Source: Pedococcus sp. (GTDB lineage Bacteria > Actinomycetota > Actinomycetes > Actinomycetales > Dermatophilaceae). From it: a DNA stretch of 59,324 nt. Below, piece by piece: positions 57,344 to 59,324 of this stretch (positions are counted from its first letter, which is position 1; every line of letters begins with the position of its first letter). The notes beneath the pieces were generated by a model. It did not search any database and was not told the origin of the DNA. It worked only from the letters and a program-made list of their open reading frames with translations. The position numbers were made by a program, and so were the translations under genes. The stretch spans positions 1 to 59,324 of the forward strand of contig DASULG010000350.1 of the NCBI GenBank assembly GCA_036278335.1, in the 5' to 3' direction.

Positions 57344-57520
57344 ATGACTGAGCCAGTCGAGAACGCCCGTGTCGAGAGCCGTGCCGATCTCCTCCCTGAG
57401 GAGCGCGCCGCCGGCAGCGACGATCCCGGCGAGCAGGCGAGGGCGATCCTCGAGGAGTCAGATGAGCGCACCGAGCACCCCGAGGAGACCATGCTCGAGT
57501 CGACCCAGACCCCCGACTAG
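57344..57520 (+). CDS. Small acidic protein, 58 aa (below ORF-track cutoff)
   Basis: MTEPVENARVESRADLLPEERAAGSDDPGEQARAILEESDERTEHPEETMLESTQTPD; TACGGT 6 nt before ATG. Confidence 0.7.
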   Translation: MTEPVENARVESRADLLPEERAAGSDDPGEQARAILEESDERTEHPEETMLESTQTPD

Positions 57521-57586
57521 TCCCTCTGCTACCTCTGCCAACCTCGGTCTGCTGCCCTTGTGCCGGCGCAGCCTAGGCTCGGGGAC

Positions 57587-58015
57587 ATGCCTGCACCTGA
57601 TCCGCAGATCGTGGTCGGGGGCGCCGACCCCGACCTCGAGGCCGAGCTCACCCGCGAGCTCGACGTCTACAACCTCAGCCGGACCGCCACCGACGCACCC
57701 CGTGAGCTGACCCTGAAAGCCCATGACGCAGACGGCCGTCTCGTGGCGGGGCTCAGCGGCTGGACGTGGGGCACCTGCGCCGCGATCTCCATGGTGTGGG
57801 TACGCGAGGACCGGCGCGGAGAGGGCTGGGGCAGGCGCTTGATGGCCACTGCGGAGGAGGAGGCCCGGGACAGGGGCTGCGAACGCGCGGCGGTCTCGTC
57901 GTTCACGTTCCAGGCGCCCGGGTTCTACCAACGCCTCGGCTACGTCGAGACGGGCCGCACCATCGGCATCCCTCTCGAGGAGTGCGACGACGTGCACTTC
58001 ACCAAGCTCCTCTAG
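57587..58015 (+). CDS. GNAT-family N-acetyltransferase
   Basis: VWVREDRRGEGWGRRLM acetyl-CoA motif, FQAPGFYQRLGY. Confidence 0.9.
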   Translation: MPAPDPQIVVGGADPDLEAELTRELDVYNLSRTATDAPRELTLKAHDADGRLVAGLSGWTWGTCAAISMVWVREDRRGEGWGRRLMATAEEEARDRGCERAAVSSFTFQAPGFYQRLGYVETGRTIGIPLEECDDVHFTKLL

Positions 58016-58045
58016 GCCCACGAACGGTTCGCGACCTTGTCCCAA

Positions 58046-58162
58046 CTAGACGATCCGCGACATCACCGGCACCCAGCTGACCAGCAGCCAGGCGAGGGCG
58101 AACGATCCCGCAACCCCGCCGGCGGCGATGAGGAGGGCCTTCACCTCAGCAGGAAGCCCCAC
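58046..58162 (-). pseudogene. Short hydrophobic ORF or gene remnant (VGLPAEVKALLIAAGGVAGSFALAWLLVSWVPVMSRIV)
   Basis: Single TM-like helix; in-frame TAG shortly upstream; looks like the C-terminus of a membrane acyltransferase. Confidence 0.3.
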
Positions 58163-58201
58163 GCGCTGCAGCCGGAGGTAAGGGCCCTACGACCCGACCG
58201 C

Positions 58202-59324
58202 TCAGGTCGGCGGCGGTCCGGTCGAGACCACCTCACGGTGGTCGACGGGGTAGGTGGTGAACGAGTGACCCAGTGGGTTGGTCCACGTCACGACTGCGTC
58301 AGCATCCATGGCCACCCGCCAGCCGGGCTGCTGCTTCGTGCGGTGGTGGCGTCGGCACAGGCTCATCAGGTTGGTCCGGTCGGTCGGCCCGGCCGGCCAC
58401 GCGATGACGTGGTCGGCGTCGCACCGCCGCGCGGGCGCGGCACAGCTAGGGAACCGGCAGGTCCCGTCGCGGTTCTTCACGAACCGGTCAAGCGCGCTCG
58501 GTGGGCGGTAGACCTCGGTGGCCATGCCGGTGAGCGCCCCGTTGGCGGGGTCACAGCTGGCGATCGAGATCTGGGTTGCGAAGGACGTGGCGAGCGACCC
58601 GATGCCCGACCACGGGACCACGCCCACTCCGGGTACGTGGACGACGCCCTCGGTGCCACCCCCGCCTGCCTCACAGCCAGCCGTGGGCTGCCCCCCGCTC
58701 TGGGCAAAGGTCTCCGGGACGGTGAAAACCATGCTGGTCTGCACCGACGCATGGCCGAGGATCAGGTCGAGCAGCGCGTCACCGCGTGCCTGCTCCAGGG
58801 TCGCGGGCGCGCCGCCGTGCTCGCGGTCCTCCCGCTGGTAGCGGCGCGCGAGAGCGTCAACCGCCTGCCATGCCGTTGCAGCCTGCTCGGCCGGAAGCAG
58901 CGCGTGCCACTCCTCCACCCCCGGCTCGGCCTGCCAGCGTTGCAGGCCGCGACCCTCCCGGGCTCGCGTGACGCGCTCGACCAGCGATGCCGAGTCCACT
59001 CGCTGAAGGATGCGGCGGCATCGGCGCCGCACCTCGCCCGCGGAGTCCCGGAGGGCCGCCGGGAAGAGGCGGTCCTCGACCTTCGCAACCACGTCCGGTG
59101 AGCTGTCGTGGAGCTCGGTGGCCACCGCCCGGGCGCGTTGCCAGTCGAGCTCGCCGGACGCCATGGCCTCGAGCGTGCCTGGCATCGTCGAGACGACGCG
59201 GGCCGAGATGCCCACCCGCTCCTCCGCCGCGCGGGGCCCTAGCCCCAGCTCCGGCCCGATCACGGCAGAGGCGAACGGGGACACATGCCCCACGGGGAAG
59301 TCGCGCTGACCGATCGTGCCGTCC
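58202..59324 (-). CDS. DUF222 + HNH endonuclease protein (5' end beyond window)
   Basis: RDGTCRFPSC, CDADHV, TNLMSLCRRHHRTK; QARGDALLDL; frame open to the window edge. Confidence 0.88.
   Translation of the reverse strand, partial: DGTIGQRDFPVGHVSPFASAVIGPELGLGPRAAEERVGISARVVSTMPGTLEAMASGELDWQRARAVATELHDSSPDVVAKVEDRLFPAALRDSAGEVRRRCRRILQRVDSASLVERVTRAREGRGLQRWQAEPGVEEWHALLPAEQAATAWQAVDALARRYQREDREHGGAPATLEQARGDALLDLILGHASVQTSMVFTVPETFAQSGGQPTAGCEAGGGGTEGVVHVPGVGVVPWSGIGSLATSFATQISIASCDPANGALTGMATEVYRPPSALDRFVKNRDGTCRFPSCAAPARRCDADHVIAWPAGPTDRTNLMSLCRRHHRTKQQPGWRVAMDADAVVTWTNPLGHSFTTYPVDHREVVSTGPPPT

Noticed and set aside
41064-59324. Anti-phage defence system built from NYN, AAA ATPase and HNH genes
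   Set aside because: The genes are dispersed, appear separately promoted and belong to common standalone families

Overview
High-GC actinobacterial chromosome segment. Gene style suggests Micrococcales/Intrasporangiaceae, which is inference. (1) 1-9.4 kb holds the conserved cell-division signalling cluster trpG/pabA <- pknB-pknA-pbpA-rodA-pstP-fhaB-fhaA, then tRNA-Leu(CAG). (2) 9.6-35.2 kb is a ~26 kb nitrogen-catabolic region with three regulators (PucR, GntR, LacI), each with a candidate operator visible in the DNA. Its enzymes appear to converge on 5-aminovalerate/glutarate: a GabT/DavT-type aminotransferase, KGSADH-type ALDH, CoA transferase, glutaryl-CoA dehydrogenase, polyamine ABC importer, ureohydrolase, FAD oxidase, asparaginase, DUF1989, nitrilase-family amidase, APC permease and amidohydrolase. 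It also carries a divergent two-gene urease paralog with intact Ni ligands, a remodelled substrate pocket/flap and no accessory genes nearby. (3) 35.4-59.3 kb is mixed accessory content: a secreted repeat/Ig-like protein; a cysteine dioxygenase-rhodanese pair preceded by a poly-Cys leader sORF missed by the ORF track and a second leader-like sORF; MFS transporters; soxR divergent from an SDR + QueA-like pair with a sox box; GAF-ANTAR; Fpg/Nei; many probably leaderless genes; and a partial DUF222-HNH gene. No CRISPR array, integrase or transposase was seen. All calls come from reading motifs by eye; no database searches were run.
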